From: an uncultured Candidatus Poseidoniales archaeon
Lineage (GTDB): Archaea > Thermoplasmatota > Poseidoniia > Poseidoniales > Thalassarchaeaceae
Assembly (NCBI GenBank): GCA_964645485.1
Contig: CAZXZO010000016.1
Span: forward strand, 1 to 43,663
Length of the DNA stretch: 43,663 nucleotides
Direction: 5' to 3'
Shown: positions 9,366 to 17,724 of the stretch, piece after piece
Layout of the letters: every line of letters begins with the position of its first letter
Position numbering within the stretch: position 1 is the first letter of the stretch
The notes under the pieces: model-generated
Seen by the model: only the letters and a program-made list of their open reading frames with translations
Told to the model about the DNA's origin: nothing
The model's database searches: none
Position numbers and translations under genes: made by a program

Positions 9366-9440
9366 TGGGCCCGTCCGGATTTGAACCGGAGTCTAACGGC
9401 CCCCAGCCGTCAAGTATTGGCCAAGCTAACCTACGGGCCC
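9366..9440 (-). tRNA. tRNA-Pro(GGG), no encoded CCA
   Basis: GGGCCCGTAGGTTAGCTTGGCCAATACTTGACGGCTGGGGGCCGTTAGACTCCGGTTCAAATCCGGACGGGCCCA: acceptor stem GGGCCCG/CGGGCCC, anticodon loop CT-GGG-GG, T-loop TTCAAAT. Confidence 0.95.
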
Positions 9441-9449
9441 GGTTTTCAT

Positions 9450-9656
9450 TCAGGGTTTGCGATAAACAGTGAATGGAGCAACTTCATCGATTAACTCTAC
9501 GTGTGATACGAAAATTCTGCGACAGCAGTACCTTTCCACACCAAGTTCATCTAGGACAATATTTGCATCTTCGCCATTGTCGGTTCTTAGTTTGTAATCA
9601 GCCCAATGCTGTCCGATAACATTACCACAACTGAAACATCTTACTGGAATTAACAT
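9450..9656 (-). CDS. rpoN: DNA-directed RNA polymerase subunit N (Rpo10)
   Basis: MLIPVRCFSCG...RYCCRRIFVSHV; true start is ATG 9656 (the track's N-terminal extension overlaps rps9). Confidence 0.97.
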   Translation of the reverse strand: MLIPVRCFSCGNVIGQHWADYKLRTDNGEDANIVLDELGVERYCCRRIFVSHVELIDEVAPFTVYRKP

Positions 9657-9666
9657 ATTTTTCACC

Positions 9667-10122
9667 TCATCTATACGACTTCTGCCACTTCTTGCGAGCA
9701 CCGCGACCTTGTTGGTGTTTCGGTTCTTTTCTTCGTGGGTCATTAACAAGCAAACTGCGGTCAAATCGCAAAAACTCATCTCGAAGTTCCTCATCATCTC
9801 CCTCAGCACCACCGTTGTACTTCACCAAGCCACGTGCGATTGCAGTGCGGATTGCGTCAACTTGACCCATCACACCGCCACCGATTGTATTGACATTGAT
9901 ATCGACATTGCCTTTTCCAGAATCTTCACCAATTCGCCTCATTGCTTCGGCGATAACCAAAGGTTCCATTGCCTTTTGACGAGCAAGTTCTGGTTCAAAA
10001 ATTTCGATTGGCTGACTATTTACTCGGACTCGGCCTTTACCTGGCTTAACAGTCGCCCGAGCAATTGCAGTCTTGCGCTTGCCACTAGTTTCTACTGATA
10101 ACTTCTTTTTTCTTGCCATCAA
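9667..10122 (-). CDS. rps9: 30S ribosomal protein S9 (uS9)
   Basis: [38 protein letters not shown]...[11 protein letters not shown]. Confidence 0.98.
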   Translation of the reverse strand: MMARKKKLSVETSGKRKTAIARATVKPGKGRVRVNSQPIEIFEPELARQKAMEPLVIAEAMRRIGEDSGKGNVDINVNTIGGGVMGQVDAIRTAIARGLVKYNGGAEGDDEELRDEFLRFDRSLLVNDPRRKEPKHQQGRGARKKWQKSYR

Positions 10123-10613
10123 AAGTCACCTCCAGCAACTCTTCCTGCAGGAGCACCTAGATTCTCAGATATCTTGCCTAATCGCACAAATCTCTGAGGT
10201 AGTGGTCTTGTCAATTTTGACATGTCTCCTCTCTCATGGCCTTCGGGAAGTTCCCCTGTCACGAGATGATTTGGACAACCCATTACTACACGCAAATTGC
10301 GTAGAGCCGCTCGTCCACTACTCTTCTTCTGGTAAGGTAGCATTCCTCGTACGGTTCTCTTGAGAATCTTATCAGGCATACGTGGGAAGAACGGACCCTT
10401 ACGGGCGTGGTTCAACTCGTACTTCTTACGGTATGTTGCAAAAACGGCCTTCTTTGAACCGGATACAACTGCACTCTCAGCATTAGTGATGATTACTCTA
10501 TCCAGAGTTCCATCCTTTTGACCGTTAAGAAGAATCTTTGCTACATGGCTAGCCAAGCGGCCGATTACCATATCAGTAGCATCAAAAACGTAGGTTGTTG
10601 CTTCCTCATCCAA
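10119..10613 (-). CDS. rpl13: 50S ribosomal protein L13 (uL13)
   Basis: [38 protein letters not shown]. Confidence 0.97.
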   Translation of the reverse strand: MDEEATTYVFDATDMVIGRLASHVAKILLNGQKDGTLDRVIITNAESAVVSGSKKAVFATYRKKYELNHARKGPFFPRMPDKILKRTVRGMLPYQKKSSGRAALRNLRVVMGCPNHLVTGELPEGHERGDMSKLTRPLPQRFVRLGKISENLGAPAGRVAGGDF

Positions 10614-10971
10614 GGATAAACACCCCCGTTCCTTTTGGATTCTTATCCATTAGTTCAGCGATCGTCATTGTTTTGCCGCCAGCAGCCTCGATTTTTTCCC
10701 GTGCTTGAGCACTGAAGCTGAATGCGGCTACAGTCTGCTTCCCGCTAACCTCGCCACTACCAAGCAGTTTGCCTGGAATGAGAACAAATTTCTCATCCGC
10801 TGCGTGCCTGCTTAGGCGACTTAGGTTGGGTTGCGACCAATTGCTGCGGCTCTTCTCAAGTCGCAACGCCACATCTCGCCACAATGCTGCACCGGTGTTT
10901 CGAGACTGAACCTTTAGCTGATCAATTAGATCAATCAGGGCTTCGTTCGTCTTCACTTTTTGTGCACTCAT
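10606..10971 (-). CDS. rpl18e: 50S ribosomal protein L18e (eL18)
   Basis: KTNEALIDLI...LWRDVALRL...NLSRL...LIPGKLLGSG...FSFSAQAREKIEAAGG; ATG 10971 preceded by GGGAG. Confidence 0.96.
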   Translation of the reverse strand: MSAQKVKTNEALIDLIDQLKVQSRNTGAALWRDVALRLEKSRSNWSQPNLSRLSRHAADEKFVLIPGKLLGSGEVSGKQTVAAFSFSAQAREKIEAAGGKTMTIAELMDKNPKGTGVFILG

Positions 10972-11132
10972 AGTAACTCCCTCGATGTATTGGGCGACTC
11001 GGCGACCAGCCGACCCGTTAAGAACCCACCGCGTGAGTTTTGCAAGGCCCCTACGGGGCCAATTGTCAATACCTATCTGAGGCGCTTGGGGAAATGATTG
11101 AAACATATGGCCGGAATCGGAGAACGATTGAA

Positions 11133-11582
11133 ATGGCTGACTGGCGTGAAATCATCAACAATGCACTAGCGGATGGAGAAGCAGATCCCATCACCTTATT
11201 CCGCAAATATGAGGAGGCTGCTGAAGCCGCAATTGAGGAGGCTCAGGGTCGCCTAGAAGACTCATGGACTGAACCAAGTCAAATGATGGAAACAGTGTAT
11301 GGTGCAATGGTTGCATACTCCAATCAAGTGTTAGCGAGAAGGGCTGCTGAAGATGTTGAAGCGGGTAGTTTAGACCACGCATTTCGTACTGGACAAGCAT
11401 ACGGTGTTTCGTGTGTGTTAAACCACATTATTGATCGTCTAAGAGACCCTTCGAAGACTAGTCAACTCGCCGCGCTCGACTCGTTTAGTGACAAGATGCA
11501 TGATGACTTGCTCAAGGATGTCAACGACATTGGATTGACTGTTGAATTGTTAGATGCAAAAGGACGGGTCTTGACAGACTAA
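11133..11582 (+). CDS. Hypothetical acidic alpha-helical protein
   Basis: Clean ORF divergent from rpl18e; probable start ATG 11133 (MADWREII), since the longer track ORF starts inside the promoter gap. Confidence 0.7.
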   Translation: MADWREIINNALADGEADPITLFRKYEEAAEAAIEEAQGRLEDSWTEPSQMMETVYGAMVAYSNQVLARRAAEDVEAGSLDHAFRTGQAYGVSCVLNHIIDRLRDPSKTSQLAALDSFSDKMHDDLLKDVNDIGLTVELLDAKGRVLTD

Positions 11583-11651
11583 TTCTTATTGCGCCAGTAG
11601 CTTGCCGAAGGACACACTGAAAGCCCTTTGAAATAGATAAATTGTTTCAAA

Positions 11652-11834
11652 TCAGACACGGCGGTATTCTTCCAGCCACGCTTCCATTCCTCTAGTTGCA
11701 TTAATTAATGTAGGAGCCCAAAGACCCACAAATATACCCTGCATCTCATCACCTTGAACAAAATAAATATACAACGATCCTGCTATCGAGAACATACTCG
11801 CTATTAATCCCATTTTTGCTAAATTTCCAACCAT
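11652..11834 (-). CDS. Small two-helix membrane protein (60 aa) with GIFVGLWAPT motif
   Basis: ATG 11834 preceded by AAGGTGG; two hydrophobic segments. Confidence 0.65.
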   Translation of the reverse strand: MVGNLAKMGLIASMFSIAGSLYIYFVQGDEMQGIFVGLWAPTLINATRGMEAWLEEYRRV

Positions 11835-12042
11835 ATTTTTCCACCTTAAATTAAACCACTTTGGTTTTATTAATAAGGAAGTGTTTATGTCCATAGATTC
11901 GCATACAACAATATTCTGTAATGACTGCAAAACACCTATATTTATTTCAATCACGGTGGATAATTAGTCATCATCTTTGTCTCTATTTTCTGTGGGGAAT
12001 CATTGTACACGCTCATACAGCGTAATCCATCAAAATAACTCA

Positions 12043-12831
12043 TCAAATAGGGGCGGTCATATTCCACTGTGTATTGGGTTTGTGCCAATCTCTCACTTGA
12101 TCTGTTTCAAGGCGGAACTGTAAGCCATCTCCAACCTCTATTTCTAAATCCATTAGTTCAAATGGCACGTTAAGTTCATTGGTTCGAAAAGTGTCATCAA
12201 AAAGAACCACCTGTTCCACAACCGAACCATCCGAGGTACGTTCGAGAATAACACGAAGATGACATTCCTGTAACGGATTACGAAGGGAACATGATTCACT
12301 ACTACCGTCGTGCTCCACAGACACAACCCCTTCGAAAGAAACATTGCCAACAGCAGGTAGGATATCTATGACAGTGGATTTTGCTGTAGGGGCGCAAACA
12401 CATTCCATGTTGTCTGATTCCACTGTCCCCTTCCTTTCCACAGTGATTTCAACCGTTGCGAACTCGATTGAATCAAGCGAGGTTGATGTGGCGGTGACTG
12501 TGTAGCGACCTGGTTCGGTGAAGGTGTGAGATGTTGTTATTCCAATTGATGTAGTTCCATCGCCGAAATCCCACGTCACAGCACTACCAGAGTTTTTACT
12601 CTCGAATAAGAATTCGTGGAGGCGTTCTGTAACCACATCTTCTTCATTGTTGTCCCCATCATCTACCTCCAAAAGTGTGTATTCATTAACTCCATACACA
12701 ACTGGTGCTTCAATTGAAAAAAGGCCAGAACCTGAAGATTTTGGTGATGTAATAGTTGTTAATGCAGCACCCATTGCTGCACTGAGCATCAAAAATAAGA
12801 CTATCGTGGGTGCTGAAATAGCGTACTTCAT
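12043..12831 (-). CDS. Secreted or membrane-anchored PKD-domain protein
   Basis: N-terminal hydrophobic segment; PKD signature VTWDFGDGTTSIGITTSHTFTEPGRYTVT. Confidence 0.85.
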   Translation of the reverse strand: MKYAISAPTIVLFLMLSAAMGAALTTITSPKSSGSGLFSIEAPVVYGVNEYTLLEVDDGDNNEEDVVTERLHEFLFESKNSGSAVTWDFGDGTTSIGITTSHTFTEPGRYTVTATSTSLDSIEFATVEITVERKGTVESDNMECVCAPTAKSTVIDILPAVGNVSFEGVVSVEHDGSSESCSLRNPLQECHLRVILERTSDGSVVEQVVLFDDTFRTNELNVPFELMDLEIEVGDGLQFRLETDQVRDWHKPNTQWNMTAPI

Positions 12832-12928
12832 GGTCTTAGGATATTTGATTACTTTATGAACATCTGTTTCAATCCATTATGAGGGCATGCTCATTTATTT
12901 CTTACTTGTTTGTAATAATCTAAGATTT

Positions 12929-13366
12929 TCAACCACGATGATATGGTGAACCGCGCTCAACCTCACTAGCGCGATATAGTTGTTCAAGTAAGACTACAGC
13001 AGCCATTTCGTAAGTCATTGTCAGAGGGCCCAAACTGAGTGTTTGATGATTCTCTACAACTGATTTCTCAAACCCATCAACAGGGCCAATTGCAAGGTGA
13101 GTGCTAGTGTTGGATAACTTCCATTTTTTCCATTGCTGTACGAACCACTCTGTTGAACCACTGTCACCATTTTCATCAAGCAGAATCAATGAATCTCCAG
13201 CGGCTGCATCCTGCAATTTTGCTAGATACTGCTCATGATTCAGTTTCTCAGAATGCTGATGAACTTTCAACCCATTAGTAGCAAGTCGCTCACGGTAAAT
13301 ATCAACTAAACGGCCGTAGGATTTCTCCCGTGGCCGCCCATGGGTGTGCACCACTATCCGTCCCAT
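12929..13366 (-). CDS. rlmH: 23S rRNA (pseudouridine1915-N3)-methyltransferase, SPOUT family
   Basis: ILLDENG, LAIGPVDGF, SLGPLTMTYEMAAVVLLEQLYRA...GSPYHR match RlmH motifs; likely start ATG 13366. Confidence 0.88.
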   Translation of the reverse strand: MGRIVVHTHGRPREKSYGRLVDIYRERLATNGLKVHQHSEKLNHEQYLAKLQDAAAGDSLILLDENGDSGSTEWFVQQWKKWKLSNTSTHLAIGPVDGFEKSVVENHQTLSLGPLTMTYEMAAVVLLEQLYRASEVERGSPYHRG

Positions 13367-13447
13367 ACTATCCCGGAGTAAGTGTTTGACCATCATATTT
13401 CTCTAACTCACGATAGCCTCAAGACAGTCGGCGGTCAGGGTTAACTC

Positions 13448-13771
13448 ATGGGATGGTGGCCTTTCACTCGAAAAAGAGTTGACCTCTCTAATGACCCGCA
13501 AATCAAAGGTACGAGAACTTGGTTACTAGATTTACAAGCACTTTGTGAAACCCATTACGACGACCGAATTAGTGGGGTTCGGGCAGTAGAAGCACTACAA
13601 GAGGAGTGGCATCAAGCACACAAGATGTTGGAACTTCCAGATTTACTATTCGAGGGCTTAGAAAAAAGAACTCAAGAACTCCTAATTTGTGATGATGAGA
13701 AATGGATTTTACTTCTCAATGATGAAGCTTTTTGGCAACCAGGTTGGCGTCCTTCAAACAAACATGATTGA
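13448..13771 (+). CDS. Hypothetical protein
   Basis: 107-aa ORF whose stop overlaps the next start (ATGA). Confidence 0.7.
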   Translation: MGWWPFTRKRVDLSNDPQIKGTRTWLLDLQALCETHYDDRISGVRAVEALQEEWHQAHKMLELPDLLFEGLEKRTQELLICDDEKWILLLNDEAFWQPGWRPSNKHD

Positions 13772-14532
13772 CCATTGGGTTCATCACCGAGTTATTACCG
13801 GCAGTAATTGTGGATAACGTTGGGTGGGTGGTGCTGTTAGCATTTATCGGCGGAGTTTTAGTATATTTCAGCCGTGACCAACCATTTCCTGAAATCTCAA
13901 GAAAGCATGGATTAATCCTACTTTCAATTGCTGGCTTACTTTGGATTTCTGCTGCTTCGCCCCGTCAATTTGACCAGGCTAGAGTTGCCGCTACAATCGT
14001 TACGATAGCTGGAGGCTTCCAGATGTTAATTGGGGCATGGCATATTGCGATTACAAATCGAGATGTGATTGTCGGCCCGCTTGCCGGCGTACTTCTTTGT
14101 GTAGGTACTGGTGCCCTATTTGCTGAAGATTGGGCATTTTCTTCCACTACTGAGCAGGGGACTGCATTCGTTACGCTATCAATATTAATTTTGCTTGAAG
14201 TCTATCTTTTCTTCAAAGGAATGATTGTTGGAACTACCGCTAGAATGTGGTCAGCTGCAGGCTTACGCCAAGTTGAACGTGGATTACTATCCGGTAAACG
14301 AGGAGCCATAGGCAACTTTGAGCGGGCTTGGGATTTTGAAGAAGAATACATCAATGCTATGAGCCATTTGGCGCTCACTAAAATCCATAGCCACCTTGGA
14401 AATAACGAGTTGGCATCAGAACATCACGAAAAATTACAACGATTGGGTGGTGAGGAATCTATGGATTCTGCTTGGATTGACGCTTTGGAGACTTCTCTTT
14501 CTCGTTTGAAAGGGATGAAAAGTGAAGAATAA
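13768..14532 (+). CDS. Hypothetical membrane protein (about 5 TM) with a C-terminal TPR-like helical pair
   Basis: Five hydrophobic segments, then GAIGNFERAW...AMSHLALTKIHSHLGNNELASEHHEKL. Confidence 0.75.
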   Translation: MTIGFITELLPAVIVDNVGWVVLLAFIGGVLVYFSRDQPFPEISRKHGLILLSIAGLLWISAASPRQFDQARVAATIVTIAGGFQMLIGAWHIAITNRDVIVGPLAGVLLCVGTGALFAEDWAFSSTTEQGTAFVTLSILILLEVYLFFKGMIVGTTARMWSAAGLRQVERGLLSGKRGAIGNFERAWDFEEEYINAMSHLALTKIHSHLGNNELASEHHEKLQRLGGEESMDSAWIDALETSLSRLKGMKSEE

Positions 14533-14625
14533 TTCTTTTGATATTTAATTGTAAAGTGGGTTCTCCCGTTACAAATACGGGGCAATTTTATAACACATGA
14601 AGGTTAATTTACATATGGTGATAAG

Positions 14626-14883
14626 TTGATAATCGCTAAAAATAGGAATGCAACCATAATTGGTTGGGGAGCGGTAATTAGCTGGTTTTGCGCCAGTATA
14701 CTCTCACAAGCCGCTTTCATCGGAACCCATGGTGTCCCTTACGAAGCAGAAGCAATGCTTGGTGCTCTTGGCCCATGGTCTTGGATTCTAGTCACTATTG
14801 AATTAGGCGTCTGGCTAATGGTTGGAACTTTAGTATTTCAAAAATTAAATATTAAGCAAAGGTTTCGGCCTCAAATGACGTAA
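14626..14883 (+). CDS. Small hypothetical membrane protein (2 TM)
   Basis: 85-aa ORF, TTG start preceded by GGTGA, two hydrophobic helices. Confidence 0.6.
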   Translation: MIIAKNRNATIIGWGAVISWFCASILSQAAFIGTHGVPYEAEAMLGALGPWSWILVTIELGVWLMVGTLVFQKLNIKQRFRPQMT

Positions 14884-14940
14884 TTATCCGAACCTCATGT
14901 TTGATAACATGGGGCAAACCCCACCGAATTGAGGGTTGTA

Positions 14941-15576
14941 ATGGTTCGAATCACCAAAGTCCATACCGGGATAGGTGATAGAGGGACTACCGTTCATCTA
15001 GATGGTAATACTGTTTCAAAAGGAGATTGTCGACTAGAAGTGGTCGGCAGTATTGATGAATTGAATTGCCTTATTGGAATTGTACGAATGGAATTGAGTC
15101 GAATGCCCGATACCACCCAAGATGGTGGACCTCGGACAACTGTATTGGTTGTTCAAAGGAAGTTTGACAAAACACTTGCTCATTTGCAACAGGAATTATT
15201 TGACCTTGGTGCAGAATGCTCTACCACACCTGATTCCATTCCAGAAGGGATGCAAGTTCTTCCCGCTGAATCATGTGAACGTTTGGTAAATGAAATGGAT
15301 GAATGGTTAGAAGACCTTGAACCTCTATCTTCATTCATTTTACCAAGTGGAAATGCGGTAGTAGCAAATCTCCATCTTGCTAGAGCAGTGGCGCGACGGT
15401 GTGAGCGCCGGTTAGCAACCCTTAGAGATGAGAATGGCGACGATTCTGTACGAAATACTAGTCTAATGTATCTCAATAGGCTGTCAGATTGGCTATTTGT
15501 TCTATGCCGAGTTATTTCTTCACGATTAGGCGAAGATGAAGAATTATGGGTACCACTAGGAAAGCGTAACCCATAA
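14941..15576 (+). CDS. pduO: ATP:cob(I)alamin adenosyltransferase, PduO type
   Basis: ITKVHTGIGDRGTT, GSIDELN, LQQELFDLGAE, FILPSG, LARAVARRCER, YLNRLSDWLFVLCR. Confidence 0.93.
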   Translation: MVRITKVHTGIGDRGTTVHLDGNTVSKGDCRLEVVGSIDELNCLIGIVRMELSRMPDTTQDGGPRTTVLVVQRKFDKTLAHLQQELFDLGAECSTTPDSIPEGMQVLPAESCERLVNEMDEWLEDLEPLSSFILPSGNAVVANLHLARAVARRCERRLATLRDENGDDSVRNTSLMYLNRLSDWLFVLCRVISSRLGEDEELWVPLGKRNP

Positions 15577-15584
15577 TCGAAAAA

Positions 15585-15983
15585 TCAGCGGCTCTCATAG
15601 TGCTCTTTTGCCGCCGCGAGTACGCTTTTGGAGTTGTCAAATGTTAATTGTTGCATCGCATCGGCCCAAGAAAGCCAGAGAAACCCGATATGTTCACTTG
15701 ATAATTTAACTATCATCTCATCTGTCTTGGCAAGGAACCAGTGAACCTCTTTGTGAATTATTTCTCCCTTGTGGGTGAATTCATATTGAGTGCGTCTTTG
15801 GAAATTTGGAATTATAGTCGCTGAGTCAATCCCGGTTTCTTCTGCTAATTCTCTCAATGCAGTGTCCTCAAACGATTCATCCTGCTCGACGTGTCCTTTC
15901 ACAAAGTCCCAATGTCCTTGTGGATATTGTAAAACCAGGAGCATATCATAGTTAACCAAAACTAGGCCACATGATGTCTCCAT
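15585..15983 (-). CDS. NUDIX hydrolase, bis(5'-nucleosyl)-tetraphosphatase (Ap4A hydrolase)-like
   Basis: HWDFVKGHVEQDESFEDTALRELAEETG Nudix box; LSSEH...WL; likely start ATG 15983. Confidence 0.88.
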   Translation of the reverse strand: METSCGLVLVNYDMLLVLQYPQGHWDFVKGHVEQDESFEDTALRELAEETGIDSATIIPNFQRRTQYEFTHKGEIIHKEVHWFLAKTDEMIVKLSSEHIGFLWLSWADAMQQLTFDNSKSVLAAAKEHYESR

Positions 15984-16078
15984 GACGGATGCGATGAGGT
16001 GCTGTTCCATATTCATTGCGAGTATGAATGACGATTGGCATCAATACGGCTATGGTGCTGATTAGTCCCCGATAATAT

Positions 16079-17107
16079 GTGCCACCACTGACGCTCATCA
16101 AATCGCTGGACATTCGGCTTATCGTTGCTGATGGTGATCTAGATGGATTGGTGGCTGGAGCAGTTCTCAAAACCGCGTGGCCTGAGGCTGATGTGGTATT
16201 CTCTCATCCTGCTGAAATCCGAAGTGGCTTTCTAGATGATATAATTGATGAAAACACAGCACTTTGTGACCTACCTTTCCATCCAAAATGTGGCCTGTAC
16301 ATTGACCATCATGCGACAAATAAACCAACTGAAAAACAAGAAAGTGAGTTTACACAAAAAGGCAGATACATCCACTGGCGCGACGCTGATTCGGCAGCTA
16401 GGGTTGCTTACGAATTATTTCTACCATTATTTGACCTCTCAGCACTAACTCCAATTATGGATATGGTGGATAAATTAGATGGTGGACGCATTTCAACAGA
16501 CGAATTTCTTTCTGATGACCCTGTTGTCTGGATTTCAAGAACTGTGACTTCATCGGACCAAGAATATTCACGCTCACTACTCAATAAACTGGTTGCTGGT
16601 CAAAAAGTTGCGGACATTGTAGAAGAACCCGACACGGCTATTCGTATTGAAGCCATGAGAGAGGAAATGAAAGAAATTAGAAGTATTTTAAATTCTAAAT
16701 CAACTATTGAAAATAGATTAGCAATCTGTCAAATTGAAGAAACTGGATTACGAACCAACGGCTACCTCGTCACTGCCCACTTTGGAAAAGAGTGTGATGC
16801 GTGTCTTATCGTCCATGGCTCTAAAGAAGGGAAAATAGGTGATGGGGACTCATGGCCACTCTCTGCATCATTTTATTCAAATTCTTTTTTACACCCCGAA
16901 GGTGGGGTATTTGACCTCTCAACTTTAGCAACAATGTTTGATGCAAATGGAGGGGGCCACAGGAACGCTTGTGGATGCCGAATAATGCCGCTGAGTGAAC
17001 TCGGTGAAATCGAGGATAGAGAGTTACAAGGTGTGGATTTAGAACGCAATTTGAGTCATTGGATGAAGGCTTGGAACGAAGGTCAAAACAAGATCCAAAT
17101 TAACTAG
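16079..17107 (+). CDS. DHH/DHHA1 family phosphoesterase (nanoRNase-like)
   Basis: ADGDLDG, ALCDLP, YIDHH, SAARVAYE, GGGHRNACG. Confidence 0.85.
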   Translation: MPPLTLIKSLDIRLIVADGDLDGLVAGAVLKTAWPEADVVFSHPAEIRSGFLDDIIDENTALCDLPFHPKCGLYIDHHATNKPTEKQESEFTQKGRYIHWRDADSAARVAYELFLPLFDLSALTPIMDMVDKLDGGRISTDEFLSDDPVVWISRTVTSSDQEYSRSLLNKLVAGQKVADIVEEPDTAIRIEAMREEMKEIRSILNSKSTIENRLAICQIEETGLRTNGYLVTAHFGKECDACLIVHGSKEGKIGDGDSWPLSASFYSNSFLHPEGGVFDLSTLATMFDANGGGHRNACGCRIMPLSELGEIEDRELQGVDLERNLSHWMKAWNEGQNKIQIN

Positions 17108-17138
17108 CGAATTCTGTGCTCTGACTTCATTATTTTAG

Positions 17139-17609
17139 TCACTTTACTAGCAATTGAAACAGGTAAATGAACCCTAAAAAAGCGTGTAAAAGGATTAGAA
17201 CCATCATCACATCACTAGCCCTCCCATGGCGTTGCAATTCTAAAGCATGTTTTTGCCCAGATTCCCTCTGTTTTTTGACTAGTCTTCCTTTCTTTACTAC
17301 GATTGTTAAAACTACAATTCCCACTACACCAAACCAACCGTGAAGTGCACTAGGGAAAAGGGAGAAGTAACCTTCTCCGTCGAACCACCCAACACTAAAA
17401 TTTACAATAAATCCAACTGCGATTACAGCTAACGCTGAACGATATAATGTCTCACCGACTTGCTCGTGAGATTCTCTCGCTTCGATTGCTTGTTGGCCTC
17501 TTAATTCTCGTCTGTTTTTTCTATGGCTATATTGTTTGTACATCCAGTAAATTACAATCAAAGAAAAGAATGGGTGTAATAGCAGAATTACCACTTCACC
17601 AGCACTCAT
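17139..17609 (-). CDS. Four-helix membrane protein with conserved-looking histidines (DUF4079/cytochrome b561-like)
   Basis: Four hydrophobic helices with His at LLHP, HEQVG, LHGW, RHGR, LHAFLG. Confidence 0.65.
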   Translation of the reverse strand: MSAGEVVILLLHPFFSLIVIYWMYKQYSHRKNRRELRGQQAIEARESHEQVGETLYRSALAVIAVGFIVNFSVGWFDGEGYFSLFPSALHGWFGVVGIVVLTIVVKKGRLVKKQRESGQKHALELQRHGRASDVMMVLILLHAFLGFIYLFQLLVK

Positions 17610-17649
17610 GTAATCGCTGAAAGGGTGTCAACTTTTCATCATGTAGCAT

Positions 17650-17668
17650 GAGTTCCCTTAGGGAACTC
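17650..17668. promoter_or_regulatory. 19-bp palindrome in a divergent promoter (candidate operator)
   Basis: GAGTTCCCT-T-AGGGAACTC: perfect 9-bp arms around a 1-nt centre. Confidence 0.6.
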
Positions 17669-17724
17669 TATCGTTGGGTTGATGTACACCAAGCGTTGCG
17701 GAAGTGAATTATTGGAGGAGTAGT

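Noticed and set aside
9182-9440. tmRNA-like or intron-containing tRNA reading of the tRNA + insert + CCA end
   Set aside because: The upstream tRNA is already complete, the distal copy lacks an adjacent 5' T-stem strand, no bulge-helix-bulge or convincing tag ORF was found, and exon duplication fits integration better.
9255-9494. 79-aa + strand ORF across tRNA-Pro as a split SSV-type integrase fragment
   Set aside because: No tyrosine-recombinase motifs; it is the antisense of the tRNA and rpoN end.
9078-9660. Absence of rpoK/eno/rps2 after rpoN-tRNA(Pro) as a rearrangement caused by the att site
   Set aside because: The att copy shows the surface-protein side is the original downstream flank, and this operon is split in various archaea; cannot be attributed without comparative genomes.
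9657-9812. N-terminal extension of RpoN, and likewise of Rpl18e (10972-11106)
   Set aside because: Alternative-start artefacts overlapping rps9 or the divergent promoter; family alignments begin at 9656 and 10971.
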